64,000 nucleotides of DNA from Eledone cirrhosa (taxonomy: Eukaryota): contig OZ024746.1 of NCBI GenBank assembly GCA_964016885.1, positions 74,710,001 through 74,774,000 of the forward strand, in the 5' to 3' direction. The position numbers and the translations under genes are program-made. Below are positions 13,699 to 26,740 of the stretch, in pieces (the stretch's first letter is position 1; each line of letters begins with the position of its first letter). The notes beneath the pieces were generated by a model, which was not told the DNA's origin, made no database searches, and saw only the letters and a program-made list of their open reading frames with translations.

Positions 13699-15669
13699 CT
13701 CCAACCTTAGAGCAAGCACATATTTTTTAGGCTGTAACTCTGGACATATTGTGAAAATTGTTTCTCATATTTGTTAGAAATGATTTCTAATTAACTGAAT
13801 ATAAAATATTGTGGTTTTTAACCTTAATTTAATAATTGTAGTATCTTATCAGTGCAAATTATTTGAAAGCCAAATGGTTAACCTTTTATATAATCATAAA
13901 AAGAAATACAGTCTTTACACCTCCTGACCTATAATTACTCATAATGACAATTTTTATTTCATTATCAAAGTATTTTAAATGTTTCACTTATGTAATATAT
14001 TTAATCCAGGAAGAAGAAAAATAGCCATTTAGAAATAATTATAGAACGTGGGGGGGGGGGGGGGGGTTAAGTTAATCAATGCCTAATTGTAAGCAATTGT
14101 ATTTGTATTTAGTTTGTTTCACTACAGGTACATAACTTTAAAATGTTTGACCCAATCCAAATTCGGTAAACAGAAACTATAGAGAAGCCCCTTGTATAGA
14201 TTTTTACCTGCAATTCAAATGTCTAGCTTTGCCATGTAGTGTACCACGTTGATTCGGAAAACGTGTTTGTAGAATACTCAACCTTTACACGTTAATCCCG
14301 AGTTAGATTTTCAGGTGAATGTTGATCCTCAACATCGTCGTCATCATCATATTCATCTTCACACATATAAAATTGTTCAAGCAATACCTGTTACTGCTTC
14401 TCCCTAAGTCAGCTCTCCTACACGGATCTATAGGTAAATATATTACAATGAAACTGTTCCACTAAAACATCGTATAACCAGGACTACATTTTCCAATAAG
14501 TACCACCATATTTAAAGAATTGATTGAGGCAGATATAGATTGTATTTCTAGCATGTTCAATGACCACATAGGATCACTCACTTTAGACCGCACAATGATT
14601 TACAATACAATTATATGTTATATACATATGTGTATACTAAAATATTGTGTTACACCGTATCTCAATTTATTGCTCTCCTAATTGACTGAAATGACCCAAA
14701 CACCTTTTAACCACTGATCAGAATTGTCGATATCCTCTAAATCTCTTGAACTAGTTTGCCGAGTCTCCACGATACGATTACCATCTTATTATTTAAAACC
14801 CTTAATGAACACTATCTTGCTACTCTGTTATGTTAACCTTGCGAAACAGCCCTTCAACTATTATCTATCACGAGATGTATTGAAACTTCAAATATCAATT
14901 CTTCACTGACATTTGATATCGATTTTGAACATTATCTTGCATTCCCACAACTGACCCAAATAATGTTGCTCGCCGTGGTATGAATAACATTCAAATTCGC
15001 TTCAAATTTGACCATACTATCTAGTAAAAGTCGGGGTATATTCGAAAGTCGTAGATACGTTGCTTTAAAACATAACTCAAAATGGTCACAGATAGTCGCA
15101 GCTTCTGTACTATATCCTATCAAAATAAACTTTGAACTGGTCTTAGCACATAACGAAGAATATGTCTAAGAAAATTATAAATTACTCTATCAAGGCAAAC
15201 GTCACTAACATTGACACTGCTACAATGAATACTTGCTTAATTCTACCTCCCAAAACACCATACTTACGATTTGCTTCACCAGAATCACGAACATTCTTAC
15301 CACCCTTACAAACGAAGAAAGCCTTGTTGCTCTAGCTGTCAGGAATATCTCAGATCCTATCTTATAATCGTGAAAAAATAAACAGGATATATTTGATGAA
15401 GTAGTTCTTTATAGACAGTGTTTTAAAACAAAAGCCACATAGTCACTGCTGGGACACGTGTTATGATATCTGGTGTGTGTTGTCTTACTACCGAGATCAT
15501 CACAGGTATCATGTATTACCAACATAAATAACAATCTCTGTAACCAGCCAGTCAGGAATATTGTACGCAGTCACGACATCTGCTAGAAATAGCAGCAAAT
15601 CTCTTCCTACCGGCATGGAAAAGAAAATGAGAAATTAGGTCATACCTAAACATACCAGTCCTAGATGCA

Positions 15670-16000
15670 GGCAGAGGTAAGCGGTTAAAAACATTCACCT
15701 CACAGTCAAGAGGTCCCAAGTTTGATTCCACTGCGTGTTTCCCATAGTCTCGTCTCGACCCAAGTTATGTGAGTGCATTTAAGTTATAGGAAACTGTTTG
15801 GAAACTCATATGCTGGACTGAAATTGTAATTCAAAGTGCCAGCCATTTCACACACTGTCATGCTGAATGTCCCAGGGGATTACAAGTCTGTGGAATACTC
15901 AGCCACTTACGAGCCGGATGTTCGTGTGGTTGATTTACTAAATATTCACAGTTGAAGCCGACCGGTGATTCATTAGAAAATTTCCATAAAAGGATGGGGG
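15670..16000 (+). mobile_element. Old second SINE family (CORE-like head with shared tail domain), diverged
   Basis: A tRNA-like head is followed by GGAAACTGT..GAAA and a tail (AATTCAAAG..CAGCC..TCACAC..GCTGAAT..TCTGTGGAAT.CTCAGCCACTTAC). Related pieces lie at ~1940-2120 (-), 8820-8970, 47790-47930 (-) and 59920-60250. Confidence 0.5.
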
Positions 16001-16334
16001 AGAGGTTATGGTTGGAATGCTTTTGTTCATAGATGTACTCTATCATTACTGGATTAGCGCGAAACAACAACCCCAACAGCTATTACAAATTTGATACAAA
16101 TGCGATTGTTACCCGAGATGCCTCCTCTAGTATTATAGCATTTGCTCCTTCTAGATTCGATGCTAAAAAATAATTAATTACTACAGTAGAAACACTTTAA
16201 ATAATAAATATAAGAAAGCTACAATATTGAGAAAGTTTTATTCTTTTAAGTATGAACTAGCATAGAAATGGAAATCATTTGAAATATCTGAAACATCACT
16301 ACTATATATAAGGATACAATGAGACTTTCTCAAC

Positions 16335-16435
<101 letters not shown>

Positions 16436-17330
16436 TGGGGGTCTGTTTATAGGTAGTTAAGAGTGTATAACTGTCTATATGTCTATCTTCTTTCCCTAGT
16501 TTTATATGTAGCTATAGTCTGCTATATAGTTTCACCACAGAACTGGGTCCATTTTTCACGTTATTTTTTTAGCTTCCTCATTTCTATTTAAAATGTCATT
16601 CTTTCAATTTCTCCTTATCACGAAATAGCATTTAAATTTACGAACTTTCTGATAATAATGATCTCTCACATAATTTTTAACGTGGCCATAAATTTTGGTG
16701 GTGAGTAAACAGGTAGTTGTAACGAATAGTGCTTCACTAGCTTACAATATTTACAATATTATTTCTACATATCCATCGATAGCCTTTAGATTGAGCTAGT
16801 CTAATAGTTGGGATAATTATTACTAAAGTCATATACAAACAATATGATTCAAAGACAATACAATGGATTACAGTGGATTCGAGTGATGTAGAAATGAATG
16901 AGTGTTAGGAAATCATGACAATTATCCTATGACTTGAAACTTTCTAGTTCGCTGATCCGTAACAAACTGAGCAAATATCTGAATAGAAATCATCTTCAGC
17001 TTTTTCAAAATCCACTGTAGAATAAAGTTCGTAGATAGCAGGAACGTGTTGGGTTATGGTCATGAATAAAAATTTCAATACAACAGACATTTGCCAATCT
17101 TAAAAGAGAAAAGTATATAGAGGCCAATAAAGATGTCGAGAAATTACATAAATATTATAAGAACTAATGCGTTTGGTTTCCCTTAGTAACGTGTTTAGAA
17201 CATTTGCTCAGATTATTTCAAACGTTGTTCAGATAATCCTATATTCTGTTTTCCTCAGAGTAAAAGTATGTATTTATATATAAATTAATATATATATATA
17301 GATAGATAGATATGGATATAGATATATACA

Positions 17331-17393
<63 letters not shown>

Positions 17394-17585
17394 CTGCGTG
17401 TGTTAGAATAAGTGTAACATATCCATCCTAGCTATGTAAATAGACGCAGCAGAGAGACCGTTGTGGTCTAACCACAGTGTTTGTTGACACAGCCAAGCTG
17501 AATATGTTTATTAAACTTGTGTGAAGTTATTCACAGTTTGCAGGAATCTACATACAAACTTTCAACACGCACACTCACACACACA

Positions 17586-17616
<31 letters not shown>

Positions 17617-17794
17617 TCACTCACACAACACACATACTCACTCACACGCACACACACACTCACATACACAAACACAGAGACATTCATATATTTATATATT
17701 TATATATATATATGTATATATATGTATATATATATATATATATATATCTTTATATATATATACATCTTTATATATATATATATATTTATATCTT

Positions 17795-17849
<55 letters not shown>

Positions 17850-17855
<6 letters not shown>

Positions 17856-18255
17856 CAATATGTTGAAAAGGTAACACACTAGAGAGAGATATACAGTGCG
17901 CTATCAATGAAACAGGGAAAAACCACCAGTGTATAGAATCTATAACCTATGAAAGGCAGACTATAAAATACGATAATTAAAAATATAAATTAAAGCGTAA
18001 ATAAATACCTCTATAACTATATAACACACGTACAAATCTAAAGAGATCTGTTTCGCCAGAAATTTGTTGACAGAAATGGAATAACCTCGGTTCCTCAGCG
18101 TGTGTAAGGCTATACATTTCAGACAACACTAAGAGAATTTTAAAAGTGACTGTCCAGCTACACGTGGGAGAGAGAAGTCACAGCGTGTTTAAGGGCAGAG
18201 AACCATTGGCCTCTGAGGGACGAGCTGCTAGAAAGGGCAGCCCAAAACCACTCAT
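17850..18255 (-). mobile_element. Short HHR-bearing element (solo PLE pseudo-LTR-like) between (TA)n tracts
   Basis: About 400 bp of unique sequence containing the 18024-18105 HHR, bounded on both sides by TA-rich microsatellites. Boundaries are approximate. Confidence 0.55.
18024..18105 (-). ncRNA. Type I hammerhead ribozyme with full helix III
   Basis: The minus strand reads ACACACG CTGAGGA A CCGAGGTT...AATTTCTGG C GAAA CAGATCT CTTT AGATTTG TA CGTGTGT. It has a 7-bp helix I, intact core, 7-bp helix III and a GUA site. Confidence 0.85.
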
Positions 18256-18290
18256 ATATACATCTTTATATATATATAGAGATATATATA

Positions 18291-18332
<42 letters not shown>

Positions 18333-18366
18333 TACATACATATCATATATATGTGTGGGATATATT

Positions 18367-18412
<46 letters not shown>

Positions 18413-18966
18413 CGTGTGTACGTGTGTGTGTGTGTGTGCGTGTGTGTGTGTGTGTGCCTGCGTATCTGATATATATTTTACTTGCCTTAATAAACATCGC
18501 AGCAGTAAAAATTGAGACAACACACAACACTTAAACAATATGGCAATGAATTGCATTTTTATTATATTTTATTTTTTATACTTTAGTTTTATTTTTTATT
18601 TATTTATTTTATTTTTTTTTTTCTACACCTGGAAATCAATAAAGTAAAGAGAGATAGTCAGAGATATAAGTAAATTCTTCAAACACTGAGACAGGAAATA
18701 AGTAATTTTCCAGGCGATAATTTATGTTTTAATCGAGACTACGTTGTAGATTTCCTCTAACAGTTTCGTATATATATTTTTCTGTCTTGCAATATCAGAT
18801 GGAGAAATCAACTACTTTTGCAGATTTCTGTCTACGATTCAAGACGTCTTTTCAGATAAGAATCGTTCAAGTTGCTACATTATAATTACCCTTTTTTGCT
18901 CACTCTTAAAACAAGCGTTTGTTAGTTTTTACTTTCGTTTTCATTTCTTTTCACTATTTACCTTGA

Positions 18967-19015
<49 letters not shown>

Positions 19016-19049
19016 TATGTATGTATCTATCTATATATTATATATAGAT

Positions 19050-19063
19050 ATACATATATATAC

Positions 19064-19127
<64 letters not shown>

Positions 19128-19261
19128 GTGTATATATACATATACATATGTATATATATATATACGTATATTTATGTGTGCGTGTGCGATCGCGCGTGTG
19201 TGTGTATGTATGCATATATATATATATATATATATATAGATATAGATATATATGAATGCAT

Positions 19262-19322
<61 letters not shown>

Positions 19323-19331
19323 TGTATATAG

Positions 19332-19430
<99 letters not shown>

Positions 19431-19668
19431 TATACATATATATATATGTGTGTGTGTATATATATATATATAGTTAAAAGATGAAGAGTAACATGGTTGG
19501 CTGTACAATAAGGGCTTTATTTAAAGTACTGACACTTGTTTCGTTGATATCGATTGACGCAACCTCAAGCGATTAGCGAACTCTAGACTCACCTGATCAA
19601 TGAAACAATTGTCAGTACTTGAAATAAAGCCCCTTATTGTACATCCAACCATGTTACTCTTCGTCTTT

Positions 19669-19712
<44 letters not shown>

Positions 19713-19716
19713 TATA

Positions 19717-19791
<75 letters not shown>

Positions 19792-19950
19792 TATATATAT
19801 ATATTTATATATATATATGTGTGTGTGTGTATGCATGCATATATATATATATATGCATACATACACACACACGCGCGCTCGCACACGCGCACACACACAC
19901 ATAAATATACGTATATATATATATACATATGTATATGTATATATACACAC

Positions 19951-19985
<35 letters not shown>
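19050..19985. repeat. Inverted duplication covering a short element and its flanking compound microsatellite
   Basis: The unique arms 19471-19537 and 19596-19674 are reverse complements. Distinctive interruptions in the flanks (CGTATATTTATGTGTG..CGCGCGTGTG..ATGCATA at ~19165-19215) are mirrored at ~19853-19912. An HHR 3' half, GAAA CAATTG TC AGTAC, is at 19602-19618. Confidence 0.75.
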
Positions 19986-20004
<19 letters not shown>

Positions 20005-20316
20005 TAAAATAACAGATTAAAGTTTAATCCCTTAACGGGATCTTCTTTTCATCCTTATCGAGCCCTCTTTGGATTTTAGTCTTCAATTTTATTATTATTA
20101 CTATATATATATATATATACATATACAGCCAACCACGTTAATCTTCCTTCCTTAACTATTATTACTCCAAGTATAACCTGCATAGAAATTACTGTGAACT
20201 CGCTGTATAACTATGGAAGCATCTTGTTGAGTAAAACAAAGCCGTAGGTTAAAACTATCCAAAACGCAGAGTACTCACAACCTCTAACTGGATTACCTAT
20301 AACGATAACCTGTTAT

Positions 20317-20380
<64 letters not shown>

Positions 20381-20404
20381 ATAAAATAAATTTGAAGACT
20401 AAAT

Positions 20405-20800
20405 TTAATATATATAAATATAATAAATATATATGAATATAATATATATAAATATAATATATAAATATAATATATATAAATATAATATATATATATATAA
20501 TATATATATATAAATATAATATATATAAATATAATATATATATAAATATATATAAATATAATATATATAAATATAATATATATAGAAATATAATATATAT
20601 AAATATAATATATATAAATATAATAAATATATATAAATATAATATATATAAATATAATATATATATAAATATATATAAATATAATATATATAAATATAAT
20701 ATATATATAAATATATAGAAATATAATATATATAAATATAATATATATAAATATAATAAATATATATAAATATAATAAATTTAATATATATAAATATAAT
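20405..20800. repeat. Almost purely A/T minisatellite (ATAAATATAATATAT-like units)
   Basis: About 400 bp with only rare G. Confidence 0.85.
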
Positions 20801-20984
20801 TGTTTCTACTTTAGGCACAAGGCCAGCAATTACCAGTGCATTACTGGTACTTTATTTTATCGACCCCGTAAGGATGAAAGGCAAAGTCAACCTCGGCGGG
20901 ATTTGAACTCAGATGGTAAAGGGACGTAACTATGCTGGAAAGCATGGCGTCCGACACTCTACCGATACTGCCAATCCACCGCCC
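20801..20984 (-). mobile_element. tRNA-derived SINE, full length
   Basis: Same family. A 20-bp TSD, TTAATATATATAAATATAAT, lies at 20781-20800 and 20985-21004 (low complexity). Confidence 0.9.
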
Positions 20985-21211
20985 TTAATATATATAAATA
21001 TAATAAATTTTAATATATATATATATATATATATGATGTGTGTCTATATATATATTTTTGTATAAATATATACATAATTTTGTTTCTTTGTGTTATTACC
21101 TTTTTCCATTATATTTTTATTTTACTTTTTATTCAATGTTTTACTTACGTACATCTATTAACTATATGTAGTAGGGTGAGTGCTTTTTGCATTCATTATA
21201 CGTTTGATATA

Positions 21212-21401
21212 AGGGTGGTGGATTGGCAGTATCGGTAGAGGGTCGGACGCCATGCTTTGACGCATAGAGTTACGGCCCTTGCTATTCTGAGTTCAAATCC
21301 CGCCGAGGTTAACTTTGCCTTTCATCCTTACGGGGTTGATAAAATAAAGTACCAGTAATACACTGGGATAATTGCTGGCCTTCTGCCAAAAGTAGAAACA
21401 A
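21212..21401 (+). mobile_element. tRNA-derived SINE, full length
   Basis: Same family, with a degenerate 16-bp TSD (ATTATACGTTTGATAT / ATGATACTTTTGATAT). Confidence 0.9.
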
Positions 21402-21753
21402 TGATACTTTTGATATTGTTTTTACAAGTAATTCCAACATGTCCGTTTGCTCAATATCTTAGTTCTAACTCTTCATCATCTTGGTACACCTCTCTCATTT
21501 ACCAATTACCAATTTCTTCGTCTTTTCATCTCTCTATTTTTCTTGTACCTTTATCTCTAATACGTTTTTCCTATATTCTACCTCTTCTTAAATTTCAGTT
21601 CTATATCTCTCACAATTTTCTACCTGTTTTTTTCGGACTTTCTATCCTATTCTCTTTTTATATTCCGTATTTCTGTCTCTCTTTCTCTCTGTTTTCTTTC
21701 TTTTTTCTTTCTTTTTTCTTTCTTTTTTCTTTCTTTTTTCTTTCTTTTTTCTT

Positions 21754-21822
<69 letters not shown>

Positions 21823-22047
21823 ACTTCATCTCTTTCTCGCGCTTTCTCTCGGTTCCAATCCATGCCAGGGCGTTCATTTGCTCATTGCTATGGTCTTTAT
21901 TATATTTAGATCTCATTTGCACTCCTCTTTATATATTTACTCATACACTAACACATACACATATATACGCAAGCATGCATACATATCTACGTTATCTCCT
22001 TATAATATATAACCACCAATTTCTCTGTCTGTCTGTCCGACAGTGGA

Positions 22048-22280
22048 AACACGTGCGCGCGTGCGAATGTTTTTTGCGCACGCGTAGAGAGAGAGTGAGA
22101 GTGAAAGAAAGAGACAAACTACGAGAGGGGGATAGCGGGAGGGAGAGAGAGAGAGAGAGAGAGTGAATAGACGCTAAAACACGTGCGCGCGTGCGAATGT
22201 TTTTTGCGCACGCGTAGAGAGAGAGTGAGAGTGAAAGAAAGAGACAGACTACAAGAGGGGGATAGCGGGATCGAGAGAGG
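22048..22280 (+). repeat. 130-bp tandem duplication
   Basis: AAACACGTGCGCGCGTGCGAATGTTTTTTGCGCACGCGTAGAGAG...AGAGGGGGATAGCGGGA occurs at 22048 and 22177. Confidence 0.85.
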
Positions 22281-22428
22281 GAGGAATTGAGGAGTGCTAC
22301 AGAAACATATATACATTTCTGTGTGTGTGTAATATATATATATATACACACACAGAAATATATACACACAGAAATATATACACACAGAAATATATACACA
22401 CAGAAATATATATACATTTCTCTGTGTG

Positions 22429-22475
<47 letters not shown>

Positions 22476-22553
22476 GAAATATATATACATTTCTGTGTGT
22501 GTAATATATATATATACTAGCAGAAAACCACGCGGTGGGCGGTTTTCTGCTAG

Positions 22554-23475
22554 TCTATATATATAAAACTGAGAATGTCTGTCTGTGTGTGTGTGTGAGT
22601 TCAATGCCTAAAAATAGAGAAGCACCCACCGACTGTTTTCAAACTTTACACATGTAATACTTATGTTTCAGGGAGTGTTCTGAGCAAAGAAGATTTCAAA
22701 TGTTCAATGCCCTAGGGACCGTATTAGGCGATTTAGCGATCTCGCTCTATAATTCTTAGTCTTTCTCTTTTTAGATAGATACATACTTATAACGTCTCGC
22801 CCTTATAATATCTGTCTGTATGTCTGACTGTCTGCATTACGTCACTTCCCTGAAGGTGTGTGTGTGTGTGTGTCTGTGAGTTTGAATCCCTAAAACTCGA
22901 AAAGTACCCAACCGATTTTTTTCAAACTTTACATGTGTATTACTTATGTTTCAGGGAGTGTTATCCACATAAAATTCAACTCTTTTATCTACTAGGGCCT
23001 GCATTAGGTGAAAAACTACGTTTTTTAACATTTTTAGGGGGGTTTTTGAGGCGTTACGTCAGACCGATTTCCTTGAAATTGTAACTATATATTAGTCAGT
23101 CTCTACTTCATACCGTAAGCAAAGAAAATCCAACTTTCGTATGGCCTAGGGCTCGCATTAGGTGAAAAACATCATTTTTTCAGCTTCTTAGGTTTTCTTG
23201 GAGGCGTTACGTCTAGCCGATTTTCCCGAAATTTCAAGGCATATTATGCACATAAAAAAAATTCATTATCTTGATCCCCTAGGGCCCACATTAGGTGAAA
23301 ACCTGCATTTTTCCTGCTTCATCGAGGAAAATCTTAAAGGTTATCCAGCCATCAGAGTATTCAGTTTATTTTCTTTACATATTGTCCAGGCATGCAGTTT
23401 TTCCACGATTAGGTCTATTGGCGGCGCACGTTCCAAAATACCTTATCCCGTGCAACGCCTAGTACCACTGCTAGT
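22554..23475 (+). mobile_element. Non-autonomous Helitron/Helentron-like element with internal tandem subrepeats
   Basis: The 5' end is TCTATATATATAAAA plus a (GTCT)/(GT) microsatellite; the 3' end is CCCGTGCAACGCC...CTGCTAGT. An internal block is duplicated (~22590-22680 vs ~22870-22962), and CTAGGG..CATTAGGTGAAAA recurs at ~22993, 23146 and 23280. Confidence 0.65.
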
Positions 23476-24166
23476 TCTTTATAATTTGAGTGCTTTTATT
23501 TATTCCATTGTAAACAAGCTGGGACAACATCTTCGATGACAGTATATTATATGCGATTATAGTAGATAAAGTAAGGAAATGAGACATTATATAACATTTT
23601 TTAGATATCCCTACAAAGCCCAGATGGGCATGGATAATGAAATGCAGTTGCCTTGAAACCGAACATTTGCTCATAAAAGAAAAGTTCAATTTGACGGATT
23701 TATCAAGCCATTAGCAATCAATCCAATAGAAGAATCTGATGGAATGTGTTCAACCTGTGTCTCTTAAGCATTTACTACAATAGTTCATTCGGACATAACT
23801 AATCTACAAAGAAACAGGCGGAACTCCAACTGCCTTCCGATAAAGCAGGCAATGTACCAGCATCACCGGTGGCCTCCATTTCCAGACTGCCGCTTTTTTT
23901 GCTAAGTCAGAATGAGAGCATCACGCCTGAAGAAGAAGATCCAGAAGATGGAATGGTTGATCCAATGCTTGTTAATTAGTTTATGTAAATGAGGTACGGT
24001 CTTCAATGGAGGTTGTTGACTGCTTTTTGTTATTTTGATTGCTTTTGTTTTCATTTTTCAATATATTTATATACATTCTTTTGGCTTTCATTTTTGTTGT
24101 GAGTATTTTAAATGTATATATCATTTCAAAAATAGTTCATCCTCTCTGTCATTCATTCTCTCTCTT

Positions 24167-24217
<51 letters not shown>

Positions 24218-24251
24218 AGATTTGAATGGATACAGTTTAGTTGAAAGGAAT

Positions 24252-24368
24252 TTATTGACACGTGTTTCTATAACAGTTACATAACCTAAAACAGCTATCT
24301 ACAAACTTTTAGTTATGCAGACATTCAATATTTCAATGTTATTATTTACTGTCATTTCATCAGAATAA
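24252..24368 (-). ncRNA. Type I hammerhead ribozyme, mirror copy in the ORF-bearing PLE arm
   Basis: Reverse complement of 28014-28130, about 960 nt downstream of the PLE stop codon. Confidence 0.85.
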
Positions 24369-24964
24369 TATTACTGAGGACCTATTTAGTTTTTATAGAG
24401 AATATTAGGAGGGAGGGGTGAAGTTGTTAGAAGAATAGTTGAAGGAGTGGTTTTTCGATAGCAGTGAGAATTCTTGGTGGCAGTGAGTAATTAGATTCCC
24501 ATCTGTTGTTTTGACATTTTTTATAGAATATATTATTGGTTATTTTTCTAAATCTATAGAAGGATTAGCGATAGTAAAGATATGCGTGGTTGGTTTTGTG
24601 TTTGCACTTAACATTCAGACTTAAATTTTTCTTTCAAGTGTACGTATTCTTTCACCCACGCATTCACACACAAATATATTTGCACACCTCTACAAAATAC
24701 ATATACTCACAATTCACATATTCATACTTACATATATATACACATGCATACACATATATATACACACATGTATTCATGTACATACATACGCGCTCATGTG
24801 TATACATTTTCATACTCAACTTATCTTTATATATACACACGTATAGACACACACATATATACATACACACTCTAGTCCATGTGTACACACATACACATAC
24901 ATACACATCCATATACACATACATACATACACATATATATATATATATATATATACATATATAT

Positions 24965-24995
<31 letters not shown>

Positions 24996-25326
24996 CATAC
25001 ATATACATATATACACATATATACATATACACACACACATATATATATATATATAAGCACTTTAATACATGAATACACTTACATCTAACTATACACATCA
25101 AACATATATATATATTTACTTATTTATATACATTTTCACATATATATATACATACTTATGGACGTTTTTAGACACATTCATTATCGCATATTTGTACCTA
25201 TTCTCATCAGCATATCTTTTCATTATTAGTATGGTAATTTAAGGTTATTAATATATGTTGAGAAGAGATTGTTTTTATATTTTTCTAACTAGATTAAGGT
25301 TTATATAGTTGGGGGATGTCCCTCTT

Positions 25327-26739
25327 TTATGTAATATTCTGCTTGTAGTGGGAAAAAAGGGTTTTAGTTCTGTGACGGCAGAATAATGTTCGTTCAATTC
25401 TGTTATTCAGCAGTTTCTTCTTGTGTGTGATTATGTAATAAATCTCAAGATTACACAATTTGCAGAAATTTTGGCTCCTGGAAAAGCTTTGGGTTTTAGC
25501 TAATTTTTCCCATTTTAGGGTAAACTTTTGATTGCTATCCCTGAGCGTCCAAGCTTTTTCTGCTAAAGTTGTTACATTTCTTTGGCTCTGGTGTTTTATT
25601 GAGTAAGAATGCCTATACAATCGAGATTTAAACGATGTTGCCGTTGATCCCACGTAATACCACTCGTTGCCTCCGGATTTAATGGTACACTTATAAATAA
25701 TATTTTTTTCCAGGCAGTTATTGCCGAGGGGGCAGTTGTCAGGATAGGTGCAGTTACAGTTGTGTACGTTGGGTTTTCTCTGGAGTAGTATTGCGGACGA
25801 ACTTAGGTGTGGTTTATTTATGTTCTGTAGTGTATTGTCTACTGTTTTTTGGGGGTTCTTTGTACTTAAGTTCTTAGTGTTTTCGTTTAACCTTCTAGTA
25901 TTGATCTTTTTTATGTGTTGTTCAAGGTTTAACGCTGTAGAGTATGACAGTCTTATAGTGGTAGGGTTTAGGATTTTGTGGTATTTGTGTGATGTGGGAA
26001 AATGTCTTTTAATTATTTTAAAGAAGAGTACTGGTAAATTTGTACTAACGGAGCTATTGTATTCGGGGTTATACCATAAGTACTCTTTGCATCGCTTTCT
26101 ATTAGTTTTGTTTGTTGGTTTACTGGTGTGCATACTATGGTAGTAAGTGTGGTTTGGTGTTGTGTTATTATATCTACCTATGTGGGATTTATTTTGGGTG
26201 TTTTGATTGTTCCCATCTATGTACTCTATTTTGTTGAGGTAGCCTGCTTTACTAAGGGCGTTATCGTAGTACTCGGCGTGTTCCTTAAATACTTGTATGT
26301 TAGAAGATAGACCCGAGATTCTAAGGGAAATATTTTTAGGGATAGATTTAATTATAGAGATGGGGTGGTTAGACCCAACATTTACGTATTTGAGATTTTC
26401 ATTCAATTTATGAAACGGTTTAATCAAACCAGAGTTTAAATTGAGTGTGACATCCAGGAAGTTAACTACTTTAAGGTTGTATTCATATGTTATAGTTAGT
26501 CCTATTTCGAGTAGTAGTTTTCTTATATCTTTGCGTAGTTTTTCTAGTTTTTGGTTATTAAGGTTTTTAGCTAGGAGGAGAACATCGTCGCGGTATATTC
26601 CGCCGTGGAGATTGCTGAATTTTTCCTGGAGTCTAAAGGCGATAAATAACCCCACAATATCAGTTATTTCCGCCGAATCGTTAGAGCCCATTGTTATGTC
26701 AAAGTTAGAGGGTCTATCTTTACGTACCCAATAACTGTT
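25327..26739 (-). CDS. Penelope-like retroelement polyprotein, 5'-truncated: C-terminal half of reverse transcriptase, Cys-rich linker and GIY-YIG endonuclease
   Basis: The frame stays open upstream of the ORF-track Met to the inversion junction (NSYWVRKDRPSNFDITMGSNDSAE). RT motifs: FDITMGS, GIYRDD, VNFLDVTL, YVNVGSNHP. Linker: CNCTYPDNCPLGNNCL. GIY-YIG-type motifs: NIIYKC...YYVGST..SFKSRLYRH, CKLCNLE, LLN, CRH. No stops over ~470 codons. Confidence 0.93.
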   Translation of the reverse strand, partial: NSYWVRKDRPSNFDITMGSNDSAEITDIVGLFIAFRLQEKFSNLHGGIYRDDVLLLAKNLNNQKLEKLRKDIRKLLLEIGLTITYEYNLKVVNFLDVTLNLNSGLIKPFHKLNENLKYVNVGSNHPISIIKSIPKNISLRISGLSSNIQVFKEHAEYYDNALSKAGYLNKIEYIDGNNQNTQNKSHIGRYNNTTPNHTYYHSMHTSKPTNKTNRKRCKEYLWYNPEYNSSVSTNLPVLFFKIIKRHFPTSHKYHKILNPTTIRLSYSTALNLEQHIKKINTRRLNENTKNLSTKNPQKTVDNTLQNINKPHLSSSAILLQRKPNVHNCNCTYPDNCPLGNNCLEKNIIYKCTIKSGGNEWYYVGSTATSFKSRLYRHSYSIKHQSQRNVTTLAEKAWTLRDSNQKFTLKWEKLAKTQSFSRSQNFCKLCNLEIYYIITHKKKLLNNRIERTLFCRHRTKTLFSHYKQNIT

Positions 26740-26740
26740 C

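Noticed and set aside
23800-23965. LP..AMYQH.R..FQ...P...GW-like DNA-transposon relic
   Set aside because: Frameshifted and short; the family cannot be supported by eye.
25748-26734. Plus-strand ORFs overlapping the PLE ORF
   Set aside because: Antisense shadow frames with no recognisable motifs.
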